Shown here in pieces: positions 49,866-62,700 of a DNA stretch of 64,000 nucleotides. Position numbers and translations under genes: made by a program. The stretch comes from Camelus ferus (Eukaryota), in the NCBI RefSeq assembly GCF_009834535.1, contig NC_045697.1, forward strand, positions 110,672,001-110,736,000, in the 5' to 3' direction. A model generated the notes under the pieces. That model searched no databases. It saw nothing but the letters and a program-made list of their open reading frames with translations, and was not told where the DNA came from. Within the stretch, counting starts at the first letter, position 1. Every line of letters begins with the position of its first letter.

Positions 49866-50268
49866 TCTTATGGGTGGAATTGTGCCCCCCCCCAAATCCG
49901 TATATTGAAATCCTAACCCTTAGTAACTCAGATTGTGACTGTATTTGGAGATGGGGTCTCTAAAGAGGTAATTAATGTTAAATGGGGCCCCTGGGGTGGG
50001 CCCTAAGCCAGTGACTGGTGTCCTTTTGAGAAGAGGAGATTGGGATATAGACAGACACACAGGAATGAATGATCATATGAGGACAGGTTAAAAACGATCA
50101 TCTCTGAGCCCAAAAGATCAGCCTCGGAAGACACCAACCCTGCCAACACCTTGATCTTAGACTTTCAGCCTCTTGAACAATGAGGAAATAAATTTGTTGG
50201 TTAATCACCCAGTCTCTGGTACTTTTTTTTTTTTTTTTTTTTTTTTTTGGCCCTAGCAAACAAACACA
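49866..50268 (+). mobile_element. MLT1B-like MaLR solo LTR with expanded poly-T
   Basis: 'gaattgtgcccccc...tgtgactgtatttggagatggggtct', 'ctgccaacaccttgatcttagactttcagcctc', end 'ccctagcaaacaaacaca'. Confidence 0.9.
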
Positions 50269-50535
50269 GGGACCAGTTAGGTTAGCAATGTGTTACATAT
50301 TCTGTGATATTCTGTGATAGTGCTTTCCTCTATAACCCTCACCCTAAACTGATCCCACAAATTTTTAGCAAAAACTAAAGTCATGAAAATTTGGAAGCTG
50401 TTGAAACAAGAAATGAAGATGAACCCAGCATGAGAAATAAAGTTACATATAATACTACTCAAAGTCAAAGGAGAATAGCAGAAAGTTCTCAAGGTGGGCA
50501 TTTCAGACCTGGGGGAGATAAACTAAGACTGTATA

Positions 50536-50798
50536 TTTCTGGCTTACTTCACTTAGAATGACAATCTCCAGGTCCAACGATGTTGCTGCAAATGGCATTA
50601 TTTTGTTATTTTTTATGGCTGAGTAGTATTCCATTGTATTACTATACCATAGCGAATATGAAAGTGAATATATATATGTCCATGTATGACTAAAGCATGC
50701 TGTACATCAGAAACTGACACATTGTAAACTGACTATACTTCAATAAAAATATATGTACCAAGAAAATAACACAATTGTAATATAGTGTGTTAAAAAAA
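50536..50798 (+). mobile_element. Short 5'-inverted (twin-primed) L1
   Basis: Antisense L1 segment 50536-50640, sense 3'UTR end with AATAAA, A-tail; TSD-like aagactgtatatttc / aagactatatttc. Confidence 0.85.
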
Positions 50799-52654
50799 AG
50801 ACTATATTTCAGTTAAAAAGTCAAATGAGAAATTCTGCTGAACTTGTGAAACCACAGGCTTGAGTTTAGTAGTTAAATCATGCTTCACTGATGCACAGCT
50901 TCTTAAGGAATTGGAGCCCTGCATATATAGACTTGCCTGAAGAACAGTGGCTCTTCTCAAGGAAAAGGTTATTATCCTGACATGAGTTCCAACTTTTGAA
51001 GCAGTGAGGGAAAACAAGACAGGCACCTAACCAGCCAGATCAAAGAACTGGACCATTAACATCCAAGAAAGCTGAGATGTCATGGCCTGGTGTTCTCAAC
51101 CCTATTTTGAATTGGATCTTTTGGTCTTGACATTTGAAAGTAATATGGCTGTAAAAAGCATTATTTCATAAACTTTAGATCAGAGTCATGGAAACACTCA
51201 TTTTTATTAACCTTAGTTATTGGCTTAAAGTAGTATTTTCCTGGTTGCAAACATTTTACTTCTGTCTGCCTGTTGTGTGCCCAGGCATACAGCCTTTCAG
51301 TACTGTTAAGAGCAAAAGATATATTTCTGTCGTTAAAGAAGGAATATGGTTCAGAAGACAAAACAGAGACACTTAAAATGGCTTGGAAACAATGAGGAAA
51401 GCCAGCAAAGGCAAAGCATTGTGCTGCAAGAGGAATGTAGGTATCAAAAGGAGACAATGGAGCTCCAAGTTTGAGTGATTTCTGGAAAGGGTGGTTTGAG
51501 TTGAATTTGAAAAAAGGTGATAAACATGGACTTTTAGAAATTAGCCATTTGTCTACATGTTCTAAATAATTCAAAGTTGTGAATAAGAACTATCTTAATT
51601 GTAGCCTTAACATGGGAGTAAAGTGATTCTTAGAATGCGAGAACATAGACATTTATTGAGCAGCTTTGAGTTGAGAGCATAATTTAGACCTGTTCATCCA
51701 TCTGTTCATTTTATTCGTATTTTTTTCTGGATGTGCTAGTCAGTATTCTAACATGGCTTACTTTATCCTTCTTTTACAAATGGTGAGACTGAAACTCAAA
51801 AAAAAGTGACTCAGAGTTTCATGCTATGTGGCAGAAATTTGAATTGGAAATGTGGAATTGAAAACTCACCTGCTTGTCCATAAACCAAGCTCTGTGCATG
51901 GTAGCATGTAGGCTCATTTAAAAGAAATGAAAGATATAGACCTTGGAGAAATGCTAGAAAAAAAATTTCTTTTCCTTAGCAAATCCTCCAATCTTCCAGT
52001 GATAGGCAGATCTCCAATGAGTTTTTTTACTCACTGGATATATTAGAATTAGGCCTGTGAGGTGAGAATTACTGGGTTGACTCCAAAAACTTGATGAAAG
52101 AAAACCTCCCATGATAAATGTTTCTCCTATGATATGTTTTATGTTATAAAAAAAAACAAAAACAGTTTTCTTCAAAAAAGAAACATTAACAAATATGCTT
52201 TCTGAAACAAATGCTTATAAATCTCAGCATCACAAATCAAATCAATCATCATTTGATAGAAATATTTCTACCGTGGCATTCAATATTATGGAAAAATTTC
52301 TATGTTTTTCGTTAGTAAACAGACTTAGAAACTCAACCTTATGGTAATAAAATAGTAAAGAAGTATAAACTTAATTTAAATGCTATGGTAATTGGCATGT
52401 AAACAATCTAATCTTATTTCTTAACTCTCTAAAGAAGTATAATAATTAATCGAAAGCTTTATCTTCTCGCAGCACTAGTACAAATAATATTTTTACCATA
52501 ACATATCTTAGTAAGTTCTTCTCATGGACAGTTGAAATTAATGACAAACAGTTCAAACAAATTTTGATCAAGAATGAATTAAACATGTTTGGGCTTATTT
52601 TTTTTTAAACATTATAATAAATGCATGTTCATGTAAATAAAACTGCATCTACAC

Positions 52655-52656
<2 letters not shown>

Positions 52657-52706
<50 letters not shown>
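52657..52706. repeat. (TATC)n microsatellite followed by pyrimidine-rich tract to ~52868
   Basis: Read directly. Confidence 0.95.
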
Positions 52707-52709
<3 letters not shown>

Positions 52710-52868
52710 AATCTTCTCCTGTCCTCCCCTCCTTCCCCTTTCCATCTCCCTATTTCCTTCTCTTTAACTTCCCCGCATATTTCCCTTTCTCTCCCTTCCT
52801 CCTCTGGACTCCCCTCACTGCTTCTTCATCTCTCCCTTTAATTTTTTCTTTCTTTTATTTTCCTTTAT

Positions 52869-53204
52869 TGTTTTTTAGAAAATAAACAGAAACCTTCACT
52901 AAATAGCATTGGGAGACCAGAAAGGGAATTCTCACACCCAGTTATGAGAGCAGAAACCAAGAGGAAGAAGAAAGACTCCTCTTCTTTCCTGGCAAGGACT
53001 GAGTCAATGAAAAGCCATGCCTCTTTGTTTACTATAGCCCTCAAAACTCCTTTGCCTCTCTCTGAAAGTGTTCTTCCCTGCTGTGCAGGGATTTGCACAT
53101 GGTTCACCATGGTTGTGGACCCCAAATAGCAATTCTCTGTTGATACTGGATAAATTCATCTTTGCTAGAGAGATATTTGGCTGTTTATTTGTTTCAGGTC
53201 AACA
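52869..53204 (+). mobile_element. Short ERV1-type solo LTR
   Basis: TGTT...CAACA termini with imperfect inverted ends (aaataaacag / ctgtttattt); LTR-like interior. Confidence 0.65.
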
Positions 53205-53689
53205 GTTTATTCATCCTGCTCATTCTTTAATACAGATTTACTTGAGCATTTTCTGCTCTTATTTATAATATGATGAGGTAACAATGCAATTACCCTACCT
53301 GCTAACTTGTGCCTCTTGTGGATTTTTTGTTCCATAAAACTCTTTCGGCATTTTTGGTAAAGAAACATAATTCCCATATCAAAATTTCCAAAGATAAGAA
53401 TCTCCTCAGATAAGAAATAAAGCAATTTCACAGAGGATAAGAAATTACAAGATTTAGTAAGCAGCAGGAGACACAGGCAACTTGGAAAGAACAGTCTAAT
53501 TCTTAAGTGATTTTGTACAGCTTGCTTCTAAGACCTGCTGGGTTTACAAATTGGTTCATGGACTCAGAGTATAACCTCCAGAATCATTCTAGAACAAAGA
53601 TGATCAGATCCCAGATCTCCTGGGCAGTCCTGGGCCGGTGAGTGAGATCTGAATTACCCATAGACTGCGCTATCATAGAGTCTGTCCTT

Positions 53690-53862
53690 CACATGTACAG
53701 TACAATTCACATGGGCTATCACATTTATTCTTCACAAGCCCTATGATATAAGTACCATAAATGTCCGTATTTTACAGATGAGGAAGCTCTGGCCCTAGGA
53801 AGGTTAAATAACTTGTCCATCTATATGTGTTGAAGTTGTGATTCAATTTGAGGCATCTGGAA
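53690..53862 (-). mobile_element. MIR SINE
   Basis: 'attttacagatgaggaagct...aggttaaataacttgtcc'. Confidence 0.8.
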
Positions 53863-54744
53863 ATTGAGGTTGTTTGCCTTTATGGGTTAACACTCATTAT
53901 TTCATAATTCACCAAAACTTCACAATGGAGTATATTGAAAAAGGGAAATTTTTTCAACTACTTTAGAAAGAATACATTTAAATAGATTATTAATATACTT
54001 ATTTATATCATTCTCATCTATTCCAATAAGTGATAAATTCCCTCTCAAGATGAAACAATTGAGCCCCAAATAATTTTTTGTTGGATTATGTGTACTAACA
54101 TAAATGAAAAGTACAGATTTCTAGTATTTTTTTCACATATTCATATTGGTCACAAGATTGTGTGACTTATGCATTTTCACATATCAAAGATATTTAAACC
54201 CAGAGATGAAACTTAATTAAATTTTTCAGTAACCTTGTTTCAGCACATGATTTTGAATGATTTTTTTTAAACACATATTTCTAAAAGGAAAGTGATGGAG
54301 AGAGAGAAAGAGAGAGATGACCTGACCCTAAGCACTTCATTAGTAATTAGCTGTGGGTTAGCTCTAAAGTATGTGATGGTACTTGTAGTTCACTGCAGTC
54401 ATGAGGAGTGAATTCTCATGTTCTCCATTTGAGTTCTATGAAATACAAAATAAGTGGCTGAAAATAAGGCCTTAGTAGATTAAATAACCTGTGTTGAAAA
54501 ACACTCCGCAAGATACAGCACTCATTAGTGGATATTTTGCAGTATTTTTCCCAAATCACTCAACAGAGAGTGACGACCACTATCTCCACTGCTAATTTTC
54601 ACGGAGTGTGTCAGGGGTACTCAGAGCCTGAGAGACATACATATGGACAGGGCAGTGAAAGATCACTTACTTAAATGTTTTCAGGAAAACATTTCATAAA
54701 TAAATAGCATTACAAAAAATCAGCATTGTGCCAAGCAGTAAATA

Positions 54745-54860
54745 ATAAATTACATATCACAGAAATGAAATTCCGAATCGGTTAAGCAATTTGCACAAGT
54801 GTATGGAGCAAGTGAAAAACAGCCAGGATTTAAACCCTGGCGATTCGACCCAGTTAAGCC
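54745..54860 (-). mobile_element. MIR fragment
   Basis: 'ggttaagcaatttgcacaag...agccaggatttaaaccc'. Confidence 0.6.
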
Positions 54861-54867
54861 TTAATCT

Positions 54868-55042
54868 AGTGTTTCTCAACCTGGTGCTTATTAAATCACC
54901 TAGACAGCTTTAAACTAATGTAAATATTTTGTCCACATATTAGACTAATTAAATCACAATCCCAGGGCTTGGAGCACAGGTATTTATATATGTTAAAAGC
55001 ACTCTAGGGATTCTAATGTGTGATGAGAGTTGAAAAGCAGGG
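54868..55042. mobile_element. MER5-like MITE
   Basis: 'agtgtttctcaacctgg...aatcacctag...gattctaatgtg...gagttgaaaa'. Confidence 0.7.
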
Positions 55043-55724
55043 CTTTATTCTATGTTTTGTCTAACTCGTACCACTAGATTTTAGTGCAGCATCAAATTAT
55101 CTTAGCTATGTCTTCTTGTCTCCTGTTTTTATTAGTTTGTTTTTGTGTTTTTTAGATTTCATAATTAAGAGGACATAAATATTACATTTGAGAAACATTC
55201 ATTCAGAATAAGCCTCAGACACAAATTCTCATGGAAACCTATCAAACATAAATCAGTAACAAAATGTGCATATATTTCATTTTTGAGCAGTATCTATCTA
55301 GTTTTGATAATTTGGTTTCATTTCCTTTGTGATACCTTAAGGAGAGATTTCATTTCTTCGGGCGTCTAACTTATGCCAGGAAATGTGGACATTTTCTACC
55401 CCCAGTGCTCATGTGTTTCAATAATCGTTTTAATGCTTCATAAGACAGAGACTGAAACTGTTCAAATCACTTTGGGATTAAGTCCAAGTTCATCATTTGT
55501 TTAAATATCAGCACAAGCTGCAATTTTAGGGCATCTTTAGATGGTTCATTTATCTCATTTCTAAGCATCAGATAAAAGAGTTTTCCTGGCCTTCTGATAA
55601 GAATTTCACATTGATACTATTTAAGAAAACTCTATGCTTATAACAGGGAAATAGTGAATTTCTATCTGTCTTTCGTGTTGAAGAACCAAGTTTGTCTTAA
55701 GTAATTAACTCCATATACAAATTA

Positions 55725-55905
55725 ACTGAAACAGATGTACTATGTACTATGCTAGGTACTTTTAACTTATCTCATTTATTTCTCACAAATATTTTAATTT
55801 TCCAAAGTCTATTGTTTTCATTTTATGGGTGAGAAAACATAGATCCTCTATCTAGCGAGTGACAGCTCAGATATATCTGGGCAGAGATATTTGAAATGTC
55901 AGACT
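55725..55905 (-). mobile_element. MIR fragment
   Basis: 'tactatgctaggtacttt...tatctcatttatttctcacaa...cattttatgggtgagaaaac'. Confidence 0.6.
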
Positions 55906-57094
55906 ATACTTTTAAAAATATATTTTCAAATCCATACTTTAAAATATCAGAATACGAGATCTATTCTGTTAAGTACAGAGTCTAAGAAGAATACTTTTAT
56001 TATGTAAAGCATAAAGGAAGACTGTGGATTAAGAAAATACATTTTGGTAATTGAAACTTTATTGACCCATTCCATGAATAAAATTCTCTTCCATCCCTAA
56101 AAACTCTGAGACATAAATTGAAAAAGATTCTGAGAACAAGTTCAAAAACTGGAAGAGTCTGGAAGAGTCTGCCTGAGGAAATACAATATGAAAAATTCAA
56201 GAGAGGTAAGGATATAAATGTGAAATTTCTGATATTCAGGCATTGCTACAATTTAAATAATTACTTATGATAACATGAAAATCATCCCACAATACTAAAT
56301 TTGGCCATGATTGCTTATTCATTATGACTTTTTTATTACAAGGATGTGAAATTGTATAGAATAGAACAGTTATTCTGAAACCACATTCTAATGGAAAAAA
56401 ATTTAAATCTTTTAAAATGGATTTGGGTCTTAATATTCTACATGAAATGGAGGAGATAACTCATTCTATCATAATTTTCCAAAGCTTGAAAGTTCTGTGC
56501 AGAATATGACTGAAGTGTAGGACAGTAATTTTATACTATCATTAAGGCAAATTTGATTAACCTAGTGCTATTTGCAAAGAAAGTGTAGTTTCACATTATA
56601 ATCCCAATGACTATCAAGAAAGAAAAAGGAGTGATGCCAAGTTTGGTATAATTTGCCCAAGTATTTGTTAATGCACAGGAGAAATGCAATCAGTGAAAAC
56701 TGCATTATTTTAAAAGTTTTTAAAAGCTGAGGAGAAATTAAGATTGAGCTAGGTGAATACCAATTAAACCCCATTAAAGAAAATAGTTCTGCCTGCATTA
56801 AAACCAGCCTGGGCTCAGGTGTCTGATCATGTCTTTATTACCTAAATCTTCCAACCAGTCTTCACTCCATTTTTCTCAGTATTGCTAAGAAAGTGGAGAG
56901 ATCATTTGCTTCAAATATAATTATTAGATTTTAATATTGATAATGACAGTAAATTGCAATATGTAGCAGATAGTCCAATGTCAGTTTTTACACATGGTTT
57001 TTGTTAAAAGCCAGGTCTCAATTGTAGCCTCTAATGAAAATGACAAAATGGTAAACTATTAGTTACTCCTAGGTCACCTGCTTGAGAAAGTGAT

Positions 57095-57270
57095 GTGTAC
57101 TCGTTTGCATTAGTTGCAAGTAACGTAAATTGAATACAAATGAGTTTATGCGAGAAAGGAAAACTTAGTGGGTCATATACTTGGGAAGCACAAAGGGTGG
57201 AACTTCGTCCCCTCTGTCTCTCAGTGCTGCTTTCAGGTGTGTGGTTTCATCCTCAAGTAGGATCTTCCTA
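57095..57270 (-). mobile_element. Old MLT1-type LTR remnant
   Basis: 'agttgcaagtaac...aaaggaaaacttagtgggtcatatacttgggaag'. Confidence 0.45.
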
Positions 57271-57369
57271 AGTTCCAAAGGGCAAAACTTGAATTTTCCA
57301 TGTGCTGGCAACTATTTAAATAGCATTCACTTTGTATTAGTCTTACAAGTAAGCTTAAGGTGATTTAAA

Positions 57370-57700
57370 GTTTCTGATAGTCTGTTCTGTAAATTCTTGA
57401 CCCCTTGGCCTCCCCACACTGTGTTCAGTATCTCCTCAACTCAGTGAGACTAATGGGCTATGTTTATAATTTCTCTCCCTTTATAGCAGTCTTGAAATTT
57501 TCTCTGGGAGGAAAGCTGGTGGGTTCATAGTGTTTTCCCCTTGTGTTTATCTTCTGTCAGGGACCACAGTCCTGCATTGTCTATATTTTAAACTGTAAGT
57601 GCAATGGTTTCCTTTTTCATTGTTGTTGTTAATTTTCTAGTTGTTTACAGTAGGAAGGTAATTCCAAACTCTGCTACTTCCATATGGAAGTGGAAATTCT
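57370..57700 (-). mobile_element. Old L1M 5'-region fragment
   Basis: 'ctcctcaactcagtgagact', 'tcagggaccacagtcctgca', 'ttttctagttgtttacag...ctgctacttccat'. Confidence 0.55.
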
Positions 57701-58306
57701 ATCAGTAATTTTGAAAATAGCATCTCCTCTATGAATGTTTTATTCTTTTTAAGCCTTACATATGCAATACGGCATTTTTTTTTTCTTTTAACACAGAGTG
57801 CTCACATCCACTTGTGATGAAAATTTGCTTGAATGCAGTTCATTATACAAATGATTTTCTACATTTTTTCCTCATCTTGAAACAATGTAATTTTTGCCCA
57901 GTAGAGTAGATGGAATTATTTTATTTGGTTCTTCTTTCATCATTGTACTTCTCATATGGCTGGCAAAATTAATTTTTCACCAATTTGTGTAGCTTATAGA
58001 ATTTGTGATTCTGTCATTTTGTAAGAAACAAATGAAATCTTTATCCTTCTGACAAGCTTATTTCTAATATTCTAGGGAAAATAGTATTTCCTAAGTCTTT
58101 TCTTAAGTCTGGGAGCCACAATACATATATATGATTTCTCATGAGTATTTTTTTCTTTGCAAAATGTTAAATTAAGTGTCATGTTTTCATAGTTCCTGTA
58201 ATAGAGTAGGAATGTTAGTAACTGTCCATTTTTATGCCAAATTAGAAAACCCAGCTTTAAAAGTTCACTTGAATATTGACTTTTTTCTTTTTATTTGACA
58301 TTTTAA

Positions 58307-58334
58307 TAGATAGATGGATAGATAGGTAGGTAGG

Positions 58335-58373
<39 letters not shown>
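58307..58373. repeat. (GATA)n/(GGTA)n microsatellite
   Basis: Read directly. Confidence 0.95.
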
Positions 58374-58649
58374 TCTGTGATAGTAGCACCCATAAATTTG
58401 AACTGATGAAATTATATTATGGTAATTCAAATAAAATAAGCAGCGTAATAGTGATGAGATTTACCAGAATGGCGAGCAGCTCTCAGTTTGGTTGAGGGCA
58501 TAAACAAATTACAATATCCCCCCAACTTCTAAGTCTCTGCATTACTAGACAATCAGAATGTTTTAAAACTGTGCAAAAAAAATACTCTGTACTTTTTATA
58601 TGACAGAGAGATAGTTCACAGGCTCAACTATGCTTTTACATTCATAGTT

Positions 58650-58830
58650 ACCCTTTGGTACATTCAAAGATTATGTGGTACACAAGACGACTTTCTGTAG
58701 TGAGGACATGTCCTGATACTTCAGGCTGTCTACAATCCCATAATTTCACCCACTAAGTGGTAATAGTATCCTCCTAATCTCCATCCTTATGGCTTCCAAA
58801 ATAGTCCTTCACAAATTTTCAAAGCATACA
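58650..58830. mobile_element. MER20-like MITE, decayed
   Basis: 'tgtagtgaggacatgtcctg...ggctgtctacaatccc...cacccactaagtgg'. Confidence 0.4.
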
Positions 58831-59340
58831 CTGCAGGATGGTATAATCAGCAGTATGAAATACTCAGGGAGAAACAAATGTTAGTGGGCATGTACAATGT
58901 GCCAACCATTCATCCATCCCCTTAAACATCTTTCCTAAAAGAGCACAGAGAAGACACCCCTCATCAAGATGTTGAGAAAAACATTAGTGAAAACAGCATA
59001 CATTTCTCTGAGAAACGTGGTAGGAACTATTCTTTGTAGAACAGGATTAAACACAAAGAGGCTGCCAATAAAATGGGCTCCCTGATTTTAATAAATGATG
59101 AGATACTCAATGGAAGAAGTTGAAAAATAGAATTTAACTGTCAGAGGAGAAGTGGGAGTGGTTTTCACAAATGGCAGTAGGGCTGGAAGGGTAAGCAGAA
59201 TGGTTTGATCTACTCATAACTAATGACTAATTGATCTCAGGGTCCCTAAGGCACAAAAAGTTGTCATCTCTCTGTTATTATCTAAGTTAAATCATATAAA
59301 TTCTCCACTCTTGCCACATTGCTTGCACCCCACCACCACC

Positions 59341-59378
59341 AAAGAGAAAAGAAAGAAAGAAAGAGAGAGAGAAAGAAA

Positions 59379-59419
<41 letters not shown>
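59341..59419. repeat. (GAAA)n microsatellite within ERVL gag
   Basis: Read directly. Confidence 0.95.
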
Positions 59420-60904
59420 CAAGCTGAAGAAAACTGGATCTGATTTGAGTCATCATGAGAGAAAGTCATGGACTCTTACTGAACTCTGGGACTTGAGTCA
59501 GTTCACAGATCCATACCTCCTTCAGTGAAGAGAAAATAATTCCTGAGGCTCAGAAGCCAGTCTGTTCCATCATTCACAGTAAGGGTTAATTAGGGTAAAT
59601 TGGCTTACAGAGTTTAGATGATGGTCTGTGATTCTGAAATATAGCAATTATCCCAATTCTTGAATGTATGGCAGGAGTTAGTCTACTCAGAAACTCCCAT
59701 AATCCCTACACATTGACCGTCCCATGAAATGAGGACTATTATGAAGTGCTAAGTAGTGGTGTGTGGGGCCTTCTTTCTTTGCCCAAAATGAAGAAAAATC
59801 AGTCAGGAGATCACAGATATTAGTGCCACCATCAAACAGAAAAAAATTATTCAAGAATAGTGATTCTTATCATTTCCCCCTTTTACTCCCCTATTTAGTC
59901 TACACAGAAATTGAATCAGTCGGTAACTTCCACTAAAGCTGAAGTTCAAAGTGTGTTCAAGTAAACCAAAATAGCTCCTGACACCTGGAAATCAGCTTTG
60001 AATCTTACGAATTTTTATAACTTAATTACAATAAGTAGAGACCATCAGAAGCAGTTTGCTTTTGCCTGGCAGGAGCAGCAATACACCACCCTTCTCCTGC
60101 TCCTCCAAACCGTCAGTTCCCTGACTCCATACCATGAGTAAGCCAGTGGAAATTTGATTATTTCCACACACCACAGGATCAGATATCTGCTTCACATCAT
60201 ACTGATAGGGTCTGCTGGGCATAAACATGTGGTACCCTAAATGCCCTAGGAAGACAATGAGTGTTAAGATAATGAGAAATGAATTCCATGAAAATTCAGG
60301 GCCTATTACTTTAGTAGTGCTTCTGGAGTCCAGAGGTATTGGTCATGTAAGAATATCCCCTTCAGAATGTAAGCTGCACTGTCTACCCCTAAAAGTGATG
60401 CATATTCACTTGTGGGTATCATTGGATTTTAGCGGTAGCAAAACACTGCATTTGGTCATGTTCCCCCAGCTAATTTATTGACAATCCAGAAACTGGGTTA
60501 AATTTGAATGGTGCCCAGAGAAAGAGAAGCAATTTTGACTGGATCACAGGGCAGTGTAAACCAATGTCACTTGAGAATTTCCGGTCCATCAGATCCAATG
60601 ATGCTTTAAATATGTCTATGCCATGCAGAACCTCTCCTAGGCTGCAACAGGAGAACCACAATGACAGTCCTTTGGGTTTTAAAGCAAAGTGTTTTTGCTC
60701 AAAAAATATTATTTTGAGATACAGCTCTTGGTTTCCAGTAGGAACTTTGAAGAAAGTGACCATCTGACCTAGGACACCAGGAGAACATGCAATCTGAGCT
60801 TCCCATCATGAAGTCATTGGGTCTCATTAATCTACTAAGCCACAAACTTGAGTTTTCCTGGTAGCAATCTATCATCAAATAAATATGTTAAAAGCAATCT
60901 TGTG

Positions 60905-61581
60905 TTTTTTTTTTTTTTTTTTTTGGATTCCACATATGAGCAATCTCATATGGTATCTTTCTCTTTCTGGCTTACTTCACTTAGAATGACATTCTCCAGG
61001 GACATCCATGTTGCTGCAAATGGCATTATGTTGTCATTTTTATGGCTAAATAGTGTTCCATTGTATAAATATACCACATCTTCTTTACCCAGTCATCTGT
61101 TGATGGACATTTAGGCTGTTTCCATGACTTGGCTATTGTAAATAGTGCAGCTATGAACATTGGGGTGCAGGTATCTTTTTGAAGTATGGTTCCTTCTGGA
61201 TATATGCCCAGGAGTGGGATTACTGGGTCATATGGTGAGTTAAAAAATGAACATAAATACAAAACAGAAACAGACTCATAGAAATAGAATAAAACTTGTG
61301 GTTGCCAAGGGGGCAGGGGGTGGGAAGGGACAGACTGGGATTTCAAAATTTGCAGATACTGACAGGCATATGCAGAATAAACAAGATTATACTGTATAGC
61401 ACAGGGAAATATATACAAGAGCTTGTGGTAGCTCACAGTGAAAAAAAATGTGACAATGAATATATGTATGTTCACGTATAACTGAAAAATTATGCTCTAC
61501 ACTAGAATTTGACACAACATTGTAAAATGACTATAATGCAATAAAAATGTTTAAAAAATAAAAAATAATAAAAAAGAAAGA
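60905..61581 (+). mobile_element. Young 5'-inverted (twin-primed) L1 with perfect 15-bp TSD
   Basis: TSD aaaagcaatcttgtg at 60890-60904 and 61582-61596; antisense ORF2 C-terminus ('PYDPVIPLLGIYP...CTPMFIAALFTIAK') 60905-61238; sense 3'UTR and A-tail 61240-61581. Confidence 0.95.
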
Positions 61582-62319
61582 AAAAGCAATCTTGTGGCCT
61601 GAACAAGTATTGAATACGCAAGTTACATAAGCAATTGGCTCTATGTGTTGTTGCAACTTTGATATACTGAAGCCTCTCTTTTAGCACATATTTATAGCCT
61701 CTTGTGGGAATTCTCTATGACAGAGTGACTGAGGAGAAAAACTATGAGTTTGCTTTGAAAATTATTCTGCATATAAACTGACTCCATCCAGAAGTGAAAT
61801 GTTAATGAATGTTTTGAGAGTGTCTCAGCTATAGGGCCTTCATTAGGTAAGGGGTGGCCTTGAGAGACAGCCCAGGAGGAAATACTTCAAGTTGGGCATA
61901 ATTGCAAATGGAAAATCTGGATTTGACTTATTTTTTCTGGAAGAAGGGATGGCCAGAGGCATGCATTTACACACACTTATGGGTAATTTCTAATAATTTT
62001 TTGAAGGGGTTAGAGGGATAGAGTTATAGAGGCTTGTAGGAGGAAGGTATCCGTGGATATCTCAGGAAAGGCCTGGAGTGAGTTCACTCGTGACTCCTGC
62101 TCAAAGATTGAAGGCCCTCAGTAATCAGGAACTAAGGTGACATGCTCTGCAAATGCTTAGTTTCTGGGTTCATGAACAAAGTGCCAACCATGATACGGAT
62201 AAAAGTTATACATGGACCCAACAACATAGACTGCCTCAAGACACTATATCCTGAAGCCCCCTAACCAAATCTCAAACCCAAACTCTAAACAAATCAACAA
62301 GCCTCTTACTTCACAATTA

Positions 62320-62700
62320 AAAATATGGAAAACAGTATAGAGATTCCTCAAAAAACTAAAAATTGACTTAACATATGATCCAGCAATCCCACTCCTGGGC
62401 ATATATACAGAGGGAATCTTAATTCAAAAATACATATGCACCCCAATGTTCACAGCAGCACTACCTTTACATTAGACAAGACATGAAAACAACTTAAATG
62501 TCCATTGACAGATGACTGGGTAAAGAAGCTGTGGTATATTTATACAATGGAATACTACTCAGCCATAAAAAATAAAATAGTGCCATTTGCAGCAACATGG
62601 ATGGACCTGGAGATCATCATTCTAAGTGAGCTAAACCAGAATGAGAAAGAAAAATACCATATGATATCACTTATATGTGGAATCTTAAAAAAAAAAAAGA
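62320..62700 (+). mobile_element. Young L1 ORF2 C-terminal fragment ending at the internal A-run
   Basis: ORF 62505-62732 'DDWVKKLWYIYTMEYYSAIK...TWMDLEIIILSE'; stops at 'tgtggaatcttaaaaaaaaaaaa' without the distal 3'UTR. Confidence 0.9.

Larger units (their letters stand above)
58930..62240 (+). mobile_element. Decayed ERVL internal region: gag C-terminus, protease, RT, RNase H, start of integrase; no LTR seen
   Basis: 'DLSQFTDP' at the gag end (~59490), RT motif 'DHQKQFAFAWQEQQYT' at ~60040, integrase-start 'HEQS...WTQQHRLP' near 62170-62237; interrupted by (GAAA)n and an L1. Confidence 0.85.

Noticed and set aside
59287..59528. K/E/R-rich and F/L/S-rich ORFs
   Set aside because: (GAAA)n microsatellite plus ERVL gag remnant.
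61026..61475. 149-aa ORF as a novel gene
   Set aside because: Chimera of antisense L1 3'UTR and ORF2 C-terminus created by the inversion.
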